DNA from: an uncultured Trueperaceae bacterium
Lineage (GTDB): Bacteria > Deinococcota > Deinococci > Deinococcales > Trueperaceae
Direction of reading: 5' to 3'
Length of the DNA stretch: 64,000 nucleotides
Assembly (NCBI GenBank): GCA_963732665.1
Contig: CAVTAE010000014.1
Span: 1,227,544 to 1,291,543 of the forward strand
Positions within the stretch are counted from its first letter, which is position 1; every line of letters begins with the position of its first letter. Positions 49,529-58,652 of this stretch are shown in pieces. The notes beneath the pieces were generated by a model. The model was not told the DNA's origin. It made no database searches and saw nothing but the letters and a program-made list of their open reading frames with translations. The translations under genes were made by a program, and so were the position numbers.

Positions 49529-50011
49529 TTAAAAATGTTTGTAAACTGAATAAGGCATAAACATTTCTAGGCTCATTTGCCCTGCCTCGAGCTTTCCACT
49601 TAAAGCCATAAAGGCTGATTTCTTAAAGTTAATAGGTATCGTTGCGCCAAGAAGATATGAAGCCAGTTCACTTAAATAGGGTTCATGTCCAACGGCTGCA
49701 ATGATCTTTGGCTTTTTGGTGTTCTTTTGAATATCTGCAAGTAAACCATCATAATCAGAACTTGCTAGATTATCCAGATAGTGAATCTTTCTGGTTCTTA
49801 AACAAACCTCGAGGGGTTTGGCTGTTTGCATGGCTCTGGTGTATGGACTCAAGAATAGAACATCAAACTGAACCTCGAGCTTAGTAAAAACATCAGCTAA
49901 GGTTTGAGCTTGCTTGAAGCCTTTATCAAGTAAAGGACGTTTGCTGTCGTCGGGATACTTTGGTCCAGGTTCGCCTGCTTGGGCGTGGCGGATTAGGTAG
50001 AGGGTGGGCAT
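49529..50011 (-). CDS. histidine phosphatase superfamily protein (SixA-like)
   Basis: RHAQAG catalytic RHG motif at N-terminus (LIRHAQAGEP). Confidence 0.75.
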   Translation of the reverse strand: MPTLYLIRHAQAGEPGPKYPDDSKRPLLDKGFKQAQTLADVFTKLEVQFDVLFLSPYTRAMQTAKPLEVCLRTRKIHYLDNLASSDYDGLLADIQKNTKKPKIIAAVGHEPYLSELASYLLGATIPINFKKSAFMALSGKLEAGQMSLEMFMPYSVYKHF

Positions 50012-50150
50012 GACTAAGTGTAACGTAGAACCCCCAGAGTTTATTAGCAGGGAACGAAGTCTATGTTGCGTGTGAAACCAGCCCCCCTATTAGGGGGCCA
50101 CGGCCACACGTTGCGATTACTTCGCTTATTGCAAAATAACTACGGGGGTG

Positions 50151-50777
50151 CTACTCCGACAGCGAATCAGACAGTTGGAGTAGCACCTCAGCCCGCTCGA
50201 GCTTGTTGGTGCTATTAGGGCTTAGTTGAATGAGCTGCATCAATGTATCAGCTATTTTTTGCAAGTCATCATTGCTGGCAGTAATAGCTTCGATTTCAAT
50301 TTCTTCAAAGCCTACACTTTGCTTGCTTTTAGGATAACTTGCACTTACATGATCAAAGGACAAAATGGCTAAGTCTTTTTGCTTTTGCTTAATCAAATAG
50401 CGTCTGCGAATGGTGGAAAGCTCAAGTTTTTCTTTTAAGGTTTCAGGATTCACTACCGCTTGAATGCGCTCAAAAATAACATCTGGCCAGGCGTTGCCAA
50501 GCATGGCTTCTTCAATCTCTTCACGCTGGTGCAAAGCCCCCTCTTTTGTGACTGGCCCTTTGAATGTAGCCAAAACGCGCCCATCCACTCTGCGTTTGCG
50601 TAAGGCTAAGTGCGCTGTGCGTAGACTTTGGGTGGCATCATCATAATAAGAATCAAATTGTTTTTGAGTAGTTTGTGCAGAAAGTTCAAAACCTGCTTTT
50701 TGAAAACACAGCTCGAGTTCTTCAGTTTCAGGGAAATCATCAACAAGTGAAAATTTGAGTTCGCGTTCGGTAGGCAT
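50151..50777 (-). CDS. CYTH-domain protein (triphosphate tunnel metalloenzyme)
   Basis: N-terminal ExExK motif (ERELKF). Confidence 0.7.
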   Translation of the reverse strand: MPTERELKFSLVDDFPETEELELCFQKAGFELSAQTTQKQFDSYYDDATQSLRTAHLALRKRRVDGRVLATFKGPVTKEGALHQREEIEEAMLGNAWPDVIFERIQAVVNPETLKEKLELSTIRRRYLIKQKQKDLAILSFDHVSASYPKSKQSVGFEEIEIEAITASNDDLQKIADTLMQLIQLSPNSTNKLERAEVLLQLSDSLSE

Positions 50778-50784
50778 AGGACAG

Positions 50785-50880
50785 TTTATCAGGGTTCAGG
50801 GGTCGGGTTTCAGGTTTCGGTAAAACCTGAATTCTGGAACCCGAAACCCGAAACCCAGAATTTGAAACCCAAAGTTAAAG
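50785..50880. repeat. palindromic array of GGGTTTC/GGGTTCA heptamers and their complements (CCGAAACCC) in divergent promoter region
   Basis: gggttcaggggtcgggtttcaggtttcgg...ccgaaacccgaaacccagaa. Confidence 0.7.
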
Positions 50881-50933
50881 ACGACACTAATTGATTAACC
50901 TTAAAGGCGTATTCTAGAGCCTAAGGAGTTTTT

Positions 50934-52118
50934 ATGTCGCAACCTAAAGGAATGACCAAGCAGCAATTACAAGATTTTTATGAACTCGAGTCCTTTTATA
51001 GCCCAGAAGAACGCATGATTCGTGACAGTGTAAAGGAATTTGTAAAGGGCGAAATTTTGCCCCACGTAGGCGAGTGGTGGCAGGAAGGTTATTTTCCACC
51101 AGAATTGCCCAAAAAATTTGGTGACTTGGGCGTACTGGGTGCAACTTTGCCAGAGACTTATGGAGGCTTGGGCGCGTCTTATACGGCTTATGGGCTAATC
51201 AACCGTGAGATTGAATATGGTGATTCTGGAATGCGTAGCTTTGTTAGTGTGCAGTCTAGCCTAGTCATGTATCCTATTTTTACTTACGGCTCAGAAGAAA
51301 TGAAAATGCACTGGTTGCCAAGACTAGCTAGTGGTGAAGCCATTGGCTGTTTTGGCCTAACCGAACCTGACGCAGGTTCTGACCCAGGAGCAATGCAAAC
51401 CCGTGTCAAAAAAGTAGGCGATGATTATGTCATTAACGGTGTCAAACGCTGGATTACCAGTGGCTCGAGGGCTGACGTTGCTATCATCTGGGCCAAAGGC
51501 GAAGACGACAAGATTCATGGTTTTGCTGTAGATGCCAAAACCCCAGGTTTCAAAGCAGTAGATATAAAAACCAAAGCCTCTATGCGGGCTTCTGTAACTT
51601 CTGAACTTTATTTAGATGATGTGGTTGTACCAGCCAAAGATAAGCTAAATATCGTTGGGCTTAAAGGTGCTTTGTCGTGTTTGAATCAAGCTCGCTTTGG
51701 GATTGCTTGGGGCGTTTTGGGTGCGGGCTTTTTCTGTCTCGAGGAAGCTAGCAGCTATGTCGAAGACCGCACCGTGTTTGGTGTGCCACTAGCAACCAAG
51801 CAACTTATTCAAGTACGTCTAGCTGACATGCTAGCTGACCTGACCAAGGGAAGTTTATTGGCCTTTCATTTGGGCAAGCTAAAAGAACAGGGTAAAGATA
51901 TTCCTGCTAGGGTTTCACTAGCTAAGCGAGACAATGTGCGGGCTGCTTTAAATGCTGCTAGGGCCTCTCGAGATATTTTGGGTGGTAACGGGATTACCAC
52001 TGAGTACGGCAGCATACGGCATATGTTGAATCTTGAAACAGTGGCGACTTATGAGGGGACGGATACGGTGCATACCTTGGTGTTGGGGCGTGAGGTTACG
52101 GGGCATAATGCGTTTTAA
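50934..52118 (+). CDS. acyl-CoA dehydrogenase (glutaryl-CoA dehydrogenase-like)
   Basis: ACAD motifs (GCFGLTEPDAGSDP..; C-terminal ILGGNGITTEYGSIRHMLNLE). Confidence 0.85.
   Translation: MSQPKGMTKQQLQDFYELESFYSPEERMIRDSVKEFVKGEILPHVGEWWQEGYFPPELPKKFGDLGVLGATLPETYGGLGASYTAYGLINREIEYGDSGMRSFVSVQSSLVMYPIFTYGSEEMKMHWLPRLASGEAIGCFGLTEPDAGSDPGAMQTRVKKVGDDYVINGVKRWITSGSRADVAIIWAKGEDDKIHGFAVDAKTPGFKAVDIKTKASMRASVTSELYLDDVVVPAKDKLNIVGLKGALSCLNQARFGIAWGVLGAGFFCLEEASSYVEDRTVFGVPLATKQLIQVRLADMLADLTKGSLLAFHLGKLKEQGKDIPARVSLAKRDNVRAALNAARASRDILGGNGITTEYGSIRHMLNLETVATYEGTDTVHTLVLGREVTGHNAF
52083..52117 (+). repeat. 35-bp direct repeat, copy A (3' end of ACAD gene)
   Basis: ttggggcgtgaggttacggggcataatgcgtttta, identical to 52783..52817. 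Confidence 0.9.
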
Positions 52119-52235
52119 GGCACAAAAAGATACTTTTATGAGGTGTTTTCGGCAGAATTACTAAAAGTGTAGAATAGTCGACCTCAAGTTGCGCTATAAT
52201 AATCTGCATTAAGCTATTCAGGAGAGCCGATTGAC

Positions 52236-52520
52236 TTGACAATAACAGGGTTTATCTGGCTTGAAGATATTGTTGGAAAGCTCTGGCACAAACATCAAGT
52301 AGAGCCTTTTGAAGTGGAGTATATATTCGCTAACAAACCCTATTTTCGTTTTGTTGAAAAAGGTCATCGCCACAGTGAAGATATTTATGCAGCTTTAGGA
52401 CAAACCAGTGCAGGACGCTATCTCATCACCTTTTTTGTTTACAGGCAGGATAATCGTGCAGTCATTATTTCTTCACGCACCATGACAGATACTGAAAGGA
52501 GGAACTATGAACGAAGATAA
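52236..52520 (+). CDS. brnT: BrnT-family type II toxin (DUF497 ribonuclease)
   Basis: ITGFIWLEDIVGKLWHKHQVEPFEVEYIF matches the BrnT FEWDE..KHGV pattern; TTG start with AGGAGA RBS; tataat -10 upstream. Confidence 0.75.
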   Translation: MTITGFIWLEDIVGKLWHKHQVEPFEVEYIFANKPYFRFVEKGHRHSEDIYAALGQTSAGRYLITFFVYRQDNRAVIISSRTMTDTERRNYERR

Positions 52521-52779
52521 AACATCACTTTCACAAGCCAAGTCTTATCAAGAAGCTGGAGAGTATTGGGATAGCCATGACCTTGGTGATACTTGGGAGC
52601 AAACAGAAGCTGTTGAATTTAGTGTAGCTATACAGAGTTCTACTACTTATTTTCCTATTGAATCTTCACTAAGTGACCAGCTTCGCAAACTGGCAGGTAA
52701 ACACGGTGTTTCGCCTGAGACCTTAATTAATCTTTGGTTACAGGAGCGTGTTGGGAAAGAGAAGGCTGAGTCTGTATGA
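52507..52779 (+). CDS. brnA: BrnA-family antitoxin
   Basis: EYWDSHDLGD motif and C-terminal RHH-like region; overlaps brnT by 14 nt. Confidence 0.75.
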   Translation: MNEDKTSLSQAKSYQEAGEYWDSHDLGDTWEQTEAVEFSVAIQSSTTYFPIESSLSDQLRKLAGKHGVSPETLINLWLQERVGKEKAESV

Positions 52780-52782
52780 GGT

Positions 52783-52817
52783 TTGGGGCGTGAGGTTACG
52801 GGGCATAATGCGTTTTA
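52783..52817 (+). repeat. 35-bp direct repeat, copy B (exactly 700 bp downstream)
   Basis: Identical 35-mer; re-encodes LGREVTGHNAF-stop. Confidence 0.9.
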
Positions 52818-52837
52818 GAGAAAGGAGTATAGGCAAT

Positions 52838-53446
52838 ATGTCTTCAGACACAGATGATCTTTTACCTGAATATACATTTGATTATGACAAAGCCAAGCCA
52901 AATCATTTCGCTACGGAAGAGCGTACAATAGTGCAAAGCTCTTTTACAAAGTGGTTCGCCAAATATCTTAAACAAGATTCACGAGATATTGAAAGCCTTC
53001 TTCGGCACAAAAGTGCAGTGTATTTCTTAATGACTTGGTCAATCTTTGAAACGGTTTGTTTTGGTAATTACATGAAATTTAGTGATGTTAAGGGTCTTCC
53101 TAAAAAAATTGTTGTATCTCCAAATTTTGATAGGACAACATTCGACAAAGCACTTTCCCACTTTCATCGGCGATATCAAGATTCAAAACTGTATGGCAAT
53201 TTAATCTTTGAGTCTAAAAATGATGACAATGATTCAAAAAATATATTAGGTAAAGCGTTATCTGAAATTACTGATACAGAGGCGATTCACTTAATTACAT
53301 TTGTCATTTATCGATATAGGAATAACATCTTTCATGGCAACAAAGGTGTATCAGGTTGGCTAAATTTTACTACTGAAATAGATTATTGCTCTGATTCGAT
53401 GCAAAAATTAATTGATGTGCTTAAGCCTAATAACATAGAGGACTAA
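52838..53446 (+). CDS. hypothetical protein with C-terminal HEPN-like Rx4H motif (RNNIFH); candidate RNase/abortive-infection toxin
   Basis: 203-aa all-alpha-looking ORF, AAGGAG RBS; the Rx4-6H motif is the HEPN hallmark; sits between two TA modules. Confidence 0.55.
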   Translation: MSSDTDDLLPEYTFDYDKAKPNHFATEERTIVQSSFTKWFAKYLKQDSRDIESLLRHKSAVYFLMTWSIFETVCFGNYMKFSDVKGLPKKIVVSPNFDRTTFDKALSHFHRRYQDSKLYGNLIFESKNDDNDSKNILGKALSEITDTEAIHLITFVIYRYRNNIFHGNKGVSGWLNFTTEIDYCSDSMQKLIDVLKPNNIED

Positions 53447-53557
53447 CATGATGATGTTCGCCAACACCTCTCGAGTTCATCCCAGCCCAAGTTATTTATG
53501 AATCTAATTCCCAGGCATTATTTGACAATATAGCTACAATAGCTATATAATCCAACC

Positions 53558-53842
53558 ATGATTTCAGTTGGTGTTCGTGATCTAAAAAACCGCCTTTCCC
53601 ACTATCTTCAATACGTTAAGCAGGGAGAGCGTGTTTTGATTACTGAGCATAATCAGATTATTGCAGAAATCTCTTTACCTAAAGAAAATGAAAAGAATCT
53701 CGAGCTTGAATCTTTGCTTGAAAACCTCGCTGTTTCTGGAAAGTTACAAAAGTCAAAGCGGAATAAATCTATTGCATCTTCAAGCTCTAATAAACCTGGG
53801 ATTGAGTGGATTTCGATTTATCAAAGTAACCGTGAAGACTAA
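53558..53842 (+). CDS. phd: Phd/YefM-family antitoxin
   Basis: MISVGVRDLKNRLSHYLQYVKQGERVLITEHNQIIAEI. Confidence 0.8.
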   Translation: MISVGVRDLKNRLSHYLQYVKQGERVLITEHNQIIAEISLPKENEKNLELESLLENLAVSGKLQKSKRNKSIASSSSNKPGIEWISIYQSNRED

Positions 53843-54297
53843 TGCTTTATTACTTTGACTCGAGTGTTATCTTGGCTATCTTGCTGGATGAAAAGCGGAA
53901 AGCCGAGGCGACCAAATTATGGCAAGAGGCAACTGTTCGTGTCAGTTCCATTCTTCTTAAATTAGAAACAATTACGGTGTTGCGCCGTACCTATGAACAT
54001 AACAAGTCAAAGTTGGATTCAAGTTGGTTGAGTAAGAAAACTAGTGAAATGGGCGAGTATTTTCAGGAAATGAACTTTAGAATTATTGATGAGGATATCG
54101 AGAAAGCTTTCTTCCTCAAGAAAGAGCTTGCTCAGTGTAAAACTTTGGATGCTATTCATATATCTACGGCTATTGAATTGAGTAAACTTGTGCCAAAATC
54201 TAAGTTTTATCTTTACACTTTTGATGGCGATATGGTCAAACTTGCAAAACTTTTAAAATTCAAGATCAATGAAACACCACAAAAAGATTTAATCTAA
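53842..54297 (+). CDS. vapC: PIN-domain toxin VapC
   Basis: YFDSSVILAIL (Asp6) ... DAIHISTA conserved acidic residues; start overlaps the phd stop. Confidence 0.8.
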   Translation: MLYYFDSSVILAILLDEKRKAEATKLWQEATVRVSSILLKLETITVLRRTYEHNKSKLDSSWLSKKTSEMGEYFQEMNFRIIDEDIEKAFFLKKELAQCKTLDAIHISTAIELSKLVPKSKFYLYTFDGDMVKLAKLLKFKINETPQKDLI

Positions 54298-54420
54298 AAA
54301 TCAATATACTCAAGTCTCTCTTTTGGCTTTGCTCGAGTCTTCCTTACAGTCACTGCACTGCATATTCTCCATATTGTCTATGCTCCTGAGAGGCTATACT
54401 AAAGGGCATAAAGGACTAGC

Positions 54421-55015
54421 ATGATGATGTTCGCCGACACCTCTCGAGGACGACCCTTCTCCAAAGACCCAGCCGTAATTGAATTTGATGGTCGCTACTT
54501 TTTATATTACTCCTTGCCACCCTATCAAGATTCCAGAGAAGATGATGGCTGGCGCATTGGTATTGCTACTAGCACTGATCTGGATAATTGGATAAAAGTA
54601 GGTGAACTCCCATTTTTTGGTAGCTATGACAAAAAAGGTCAGGCTGCACCTGGGGCAATTGTACTTGGCGGCAGAGTGCATCTTTTTTACCAGACCTATG
54701 GTAACGGCAAGCATGATGCAATTTGTCACGCAGTTTCAGAGGATGGTGTTCACTTTCAGCCCAATAGCACTAACCCGATTTTTTCACCTACAGGAGACTG
54801 GAATTCAGGGCGGGCTATTGATGCTGACGTGATAGTTCATGATGGAAAGCTGTTTTTATATTTTTCGACCAGAGACCCTGAGATGCGTATCCAGATGACA
54901 GGAGTAGCAACTGCTGATTTAGCTTCTGATTTCTCAAAACAGGATTGGACCCAGCAGTGTGATAAACCGATTCTTTATCCAGAGTTGCCGTGGGAAAGAA
55001 ATTGTATTGAAGCTA
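54421..55015 (+). pseudogene. N-terminal fragment of 5-bladed beta-propeller glycoside hydrolase (GH43/GH130-like) gene disrupted by IS630 element
   Basis: Repeated blade motifs (FLYYS, HLFYQTYG, KLFLYFST); reading frame runs into the IS left end at 55015. Confidence 0.75.
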
Positions 55016-55056
55016 AGTAGTACCGCAAAAATAATTTAACAAAGTATGATGAGCAG

Positions 55057-55566
55057 ATGGAATTCCAACTATCTTCACGAGCGAGAGAAACTTTAAGAGC
55101 AGTGGTGAGTGGCAATCATCACGGGCGCATGGTCAGACGAGCACAAGGGTTGCTATGGCTAGACGAGAGTGAGCGTGTGGAGGAAGTCGCTCGGCGATTA
55201 GGCGTAAGTCGGCAGATGGTGTATGCGTTAGTGGAACGTTATGAAGGGCGAAAAGCCCTGCCCGTAGTCGAGCGGATTGATGATCGTGAGCATCCTGGAC
55301 GACCTGCACAAAAGCGAGATGTGGTGAAGGCTGAACTTGAAGGGTTGTTGCCACAGCCTCCTGCACGGTATGGCTACCCTGGACAGTATTGGACTGTAGG
55401 GATGTTACGAATACAGGTCGAGAAAAAGCACCTCATCCAGGTCAGCGAGGATACGGTGCAACGTGCTTTACATGACTTGCGCTATAGCTGTAAACGTCCA
55501 CGCTATGTGTTAGCACGACGTGAAGCCCAGTGGCGACAAGCTAAAGGGGGCTTCAATGTGGCTTAA
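55057..55566 (+). CDS. IS630-family transposase, N-terminal HTH part (orfA)
   Basis: HTH region (RRLGVSRQMVYALVERYEG). Confidence 0.8.
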   Translation: MEFQLSSRARETLRAVVSGNHHGRMVRRAQGLLWLDESERVEEVARRLGVSRQMVYALVERYEGRKALPVVERIDDREHPGRPAQKRDVVKAELEGLLPQPPARYGYPGQYWTVGMLRIQVEKKHLIQVSEDTVQRALHDLRYSCKRPRYVLARREAQWRQAKGGFNVA

Positions 55567-55583
55567 AAACACGCAAGCGCACA

Positions 55584-56129
55584 GTGTTATTGTTTATGGA
55601 TTCAATCACGATTCGAGAGATTCCTCCTTTAAGTCGTCTTTGGACTCCCGTCGCTCAACCCGCCAGGATACCCATCATTGGTAGCCACCATAAACAGGTG
55701 TTATCTGGTGTCATGAACATCCTCAGTGGACGTTGTTTGTCTTATGTCTCTCCTACCTTCAATCAGACCACCTTTCATGCTGTGCTGACTCAGACCCGTA
55801 CCTTGTGGCGTGGCTGGCACATTGTTTTGTTCTTAGACAAGCACTCAGCCCACCGCACCAAAAGCAGTCAAATCCTTGCCAAACAACTGGCGATTGAACT
55901 GCGCTTTCTGCCTACTGCCTGTCCTGAACTTAACGTCATGGATTGTTTGTGGCGACATGTCCGTGATGAAGTTCTTGCCAACGAGCCTTGTCCTCAGCTT
56001 GATAAAACTGTTACCAGAGTCATCGCCTACCTTGACACACTTTCTTCTTCTCAACGCTTAGCCAAAGCCGGTGTCTTTGCTGATGCCTTCTGGCTTGCCG
56101 ACATTAGACGCACTTTGTTGTTAAATTAA
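55584..56129 (+). CDS. IS630-family transposase, DDE catalytic part (orfB, -1 frame relative to orfA)
   Basis: DDE_3-type region (..HIVLFLDKHSAHRTK..LPTACPELNVMDCLW..); the frame is open upstream to the G5 run at 55546-50, so a frameshift joins orfA and orfB. Confidence 0.8.
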   Translation: MLLFMDSITIREIPPLSRLWTPVAQPARIPIIGSHHKQVLSGVMNILSGRCLSYVSPTFNQTTFHAVLTQTRTLWRGWHIVLFLDKHSAHRTKSSQILAKQLAIELRFLPTACPELNVMDCLWRHVRDEVLANEPCPQLDKTVTRVIAYLDTLSSSQRLAKAGVFADAFWLADIRRTLLLN

Positions 56130-56146
56130 TTCTGCGTACCTACTTA

Positions 56147-56454
56147 GTGCGCTTTGTACACATGATGGGAAGCTCTATATGTTTTATGCAGGCGGCTACA
56201 ACAATGAACCCCAGCAGATTGGGTGTGCGGTAAGCCTTGATGGCATTCACTGGGAACGAGTTTCAGATACGCCTGTACTGGCGAATGGACAAGAGGGTGA
56301 ATGGAACAGCAGCGAATCTGGGCATCCCTTTGTATTTGAGGCTTCAGATGGGAGCTATCATCTCTTTTTTCAGGGTAATAATGATTTTGGCAAGACTTGG
56401 TATTTATCAAGAAAGCGGATTATTTGGGAGAATGGGATACCGCTTTGCCAGTGA
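56147..56454 (+). pseudogene. C-terminal fragment of the same glycoside hydrolase gene
   Basis: With the IS and one TA removed, the frame continues ..CIEASALCTHDGKLYMFYAGGYNNEPQQIG.. in phase with the N-terminal fragment. Confidence 0.75.
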
Positions 56455-56469
56455 TATAGCAGGTATTGA

Positions 56470-56517
56470 CTGGTCACCTATACACTGAATTTGAGATTAA
56501 ACGTCTAGTACAAAATA
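56470..56517 (+). repeat. copy 3 of conserved intergenic element (GGTCACCTATACACTGAATTTGAGATTAAACGTCTAGTACAAAATAG)
   Basis: Near-identical core to copies 1 and 2; lies immediately 3' of the disrupted GH gene. Confidence 0.7.
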
Positions 56518-56591
56518 GTTTAAAAGATGATGGTAGCCTTTTACGCTTAGGCTGCTATATACTCCATCTCAAAAGGAATAGGTGTTACTAA

Positions 56592-57560
56592 GTGAAACAA
56601 TTAAACATAGGTGTTATAGGACTAGGTGAAATTGGCGCAGTACATTGTGATGCTCTAATGCAAATCCCACAAGCCAAGCTGCTTGCTGTTGCAGATATTG
56701 ACGAAGCAAGGGCCAAACAAATCGCCCAACAAACAGGGGCTAGGGCGTATCAAGATTATAAGGAACTTCTTGCTAGGGAAGACATTGATGCGGTTATTAT
56801 CGCCACGCCAGATCATTTGCATAAAGAGCCCTGTGTTCATGCAGCTCAAGCAGGTAAACATATCTTGGTTGAAAAACCGCTTGCTATGACGCTAGAAGAT
56901 TCTAGGGCTATTAACGAGGCAGTAGAAAAAGCAGGTGTAAAACTAATGGTTGGTTTTACCTTGCGCTTTTTTCCGCAATATCAACATGCAAAAACCAGCC
57001 TCGAGTCTGGTGAACTGGGTAAGCTAATCAGCCTTTTTGCTAGGCGCACCAATCTTATAACTCAAGCCCAAAGACTGAAAGGTCGCACCGGGGTTCTGTT
57101 CTTTTTGGGGATTCATGATTTTGATGTCTTGCGCTGGATGGTCGGAGCTGATGCAAAGGAAATTTATTGCGCCTCGGCAAAACATGATAGAAGTCCATAC
57201 ATGGTGGAAGACGAAACCTTCACGACCATTCGTTTTGACAATGACGTGATTGCTTGCGCCCATATTGGCTGGTGTATTCCCGAGGGCCATCCGACAGGCT
57301 TTGACTTTAAGCTCGATATTACTGGTACAAAAGGACTGCTTAATTTAGATATGGTTAGGCAAGGGGTTGAAAAACACGTGGCAGGTCAAACCAGTTTTCC
57401 GCCTATGGCTAGCCCACTCATCGCCGAAGACCGCGGTTTTGTTGATGCTATTTTGTATAACAGAAATGTACCTGTTACGGGTGAAGATGGCCTCAAAGCG
57501 GTTCAGATGACTTTAGCTGCACTCGAGTCTATCAAAACGGGTAAGGCGGTTAGTCTTTAA
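56592..57560 (+). CDS. Gfo/Idh/MocA-family NAD(P)-dependent oxidoreductase
   Basis: Rossmann N-terminus MKQLNIGVIGLGEIGAVH; EKPLA motif. Confidence 0.85.
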   Translation: MKQLNIGVIGLGEIGAVHCDALMQIPQAKLLAVADIDEARAKQIAQQTGARAYQDYKELLAREDIDAVIIATPDHLHKEPCVHAAQAGKHILVEKPLAMTLEDSRAINEAVEKAGVKLMVGFTLRFFPQYQHAKTSLESGELGKLISLFARRTNLITQAQRLKGRTGVLFFLGIHDFDVLRWMVGADAKEIYCASAKHDRSPYMVEDETFTTIRFDNDVIACAHIGWCIPEGHPTGFDFKLDITGTKGLLNLDMVRQGVEKHVAGQTSFPPMASPLIAEDRGFVDAILYNRNVPVTGEDGLKAVQMTLAALESIKTGKAVSL

Positions 57561-57562
57561 TT

Positions 57563-58078
57563 ATGGAAAAGACTGTTACGACTTATTATCTGGAAATGAC
57601 CGACCCCAGTCAATTACGCGCTAAGGCTGCACCCAGACCTGATATATGGGTTCAGGAAGTTAAATTACCTTTAGGAGATTTGCATCGTTTTTTTTATTTA
57701 ACCGTCGGTGCTGACTATGCTTGGTTTGATCATGCCAACTGGTCAAAAGAGGAATGGCAAGCCTATGCAGAGCGAGACAATGTGAGTTTATGGATTGGTT
57801 ACGAGCAAGGAACGCCGTTTGGTTACTTTGAACTTATTGAAGAAAATAATGAAATTGAAGTGATGTGTTTCGGGCTTTTGCCTGAGTTTATTGGTAAGGG
57901 TCTAGGGGGGTATCTTCTTACTGAAACGATTAAAGCAGCTTGGTCAAAAAAGCCAACCAGGGTTTGGTTACACTCTTGTTCAGTTGATCATCCTAGTGCT
58001 CTAGCAAACTATCAAGCCAGGGGCTTTAGGCTTTATAAAGAAGTTTTAGCATCTAAGTATTTTCCTTCTACTGAATAA
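57563..58078 (+). CDS. GNAT-family N-acetyltransferase
   Basis: Acetyl-CoA-binding motif region (..GKGLGGYLLTETIKAAW..). Confidence 0.75.
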   Translation: MEKTVTTYYLEMTDPSQLRAKAAPRPDIWVQEVKLPLGDLHRFFYLTVGADYAWFDHANWSKEEWQAYAERDNVSLWIGYEQGTPFGYFELIEENNEIEVMCFGLLPEFIGKGLGGYLLTETIKAAWSKKPTRVWLHSCSVDHPSALANYQARGFRLYKEVLASKYFPSTE

Positions 58079-58151
58079 TCTTTATAGCTTCCAATGTAAG
58101 CGAAATCATCTCTTTTCTAGTTTGATAACTAGATGAGTTATAGTAAACCTT

Positions 58152-58544
58152 GTGCAAATTTATCTATTGTTTGCAGGCATACTGGTAATACTTGTTGGTT
58201 TAGCCCATACTGTCATCGGTGAAATAAAAATCTTTCAGCCTATGCGGGTAAACGGAAGCATTGTTCCAACCAACGGAAAACCTACACTTAAAGAAAGCCA
58301 CCTCAGAATCATTTGGGCAAGCTGGCATGTTTTAAGTGTGTTTGGTTGGGGGTTCGCGGCAATTTTGTTTCGTTTAGCATTTCCAAGTGATAGTACAGTA
58401 TTTCAAAACTTTGTATTGAAGACTATTGTTGTTGCCATGGTGGTAGGGTTATTGCTGGTTTTCTATGGTACTAAAGCTAGGCATCCAGGCTGGATTGGCT
58501 TACTGATGGTGGCTATACTCACGGGTTTGGCATTGTTTCTATAA
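58152..58544 (+). CDS. small hypothetical membrane protein (4 TM)
   Basis: Hydrophobic 130-aa ORF, GTG start. Confidence 0.4.
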   Translation: MQIYLLFAGILVILVGLAHTVIGEIKIFQPMRVNGSIVPTNGKPTLKESHLRIIWASWHVLSVFGWGFAAILFRLAFPSDSTVFQNFVLKTIVVAMVVGLLLVFYGTKARHPGWIGLLMVAILTGLALFL

Positions 58545-58652
58545 AATTATCAAGTTATTCATTATTGCTATAAGTACACCATATATAGAAAACAATTTTA
58601 TCTCTTATTTGCCACTATCGCCACAGTCCTTCTCTGGATATTTTTTGGCACT

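Larger units (their letters stand above)
55016..56144 (+). mobile_element. IS630 (Tc1/mariner)-family insertion sequence with TA target-site duplication
   Basis: Left IR AGTAGTACCGCAAAAATAATTTAACAA, right IR TTGTTAAATTAATTCTGCGTACCTACT (imperfect inverse); flanking TA at 55014-15 and 56145-46. Confidence 0.85.
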
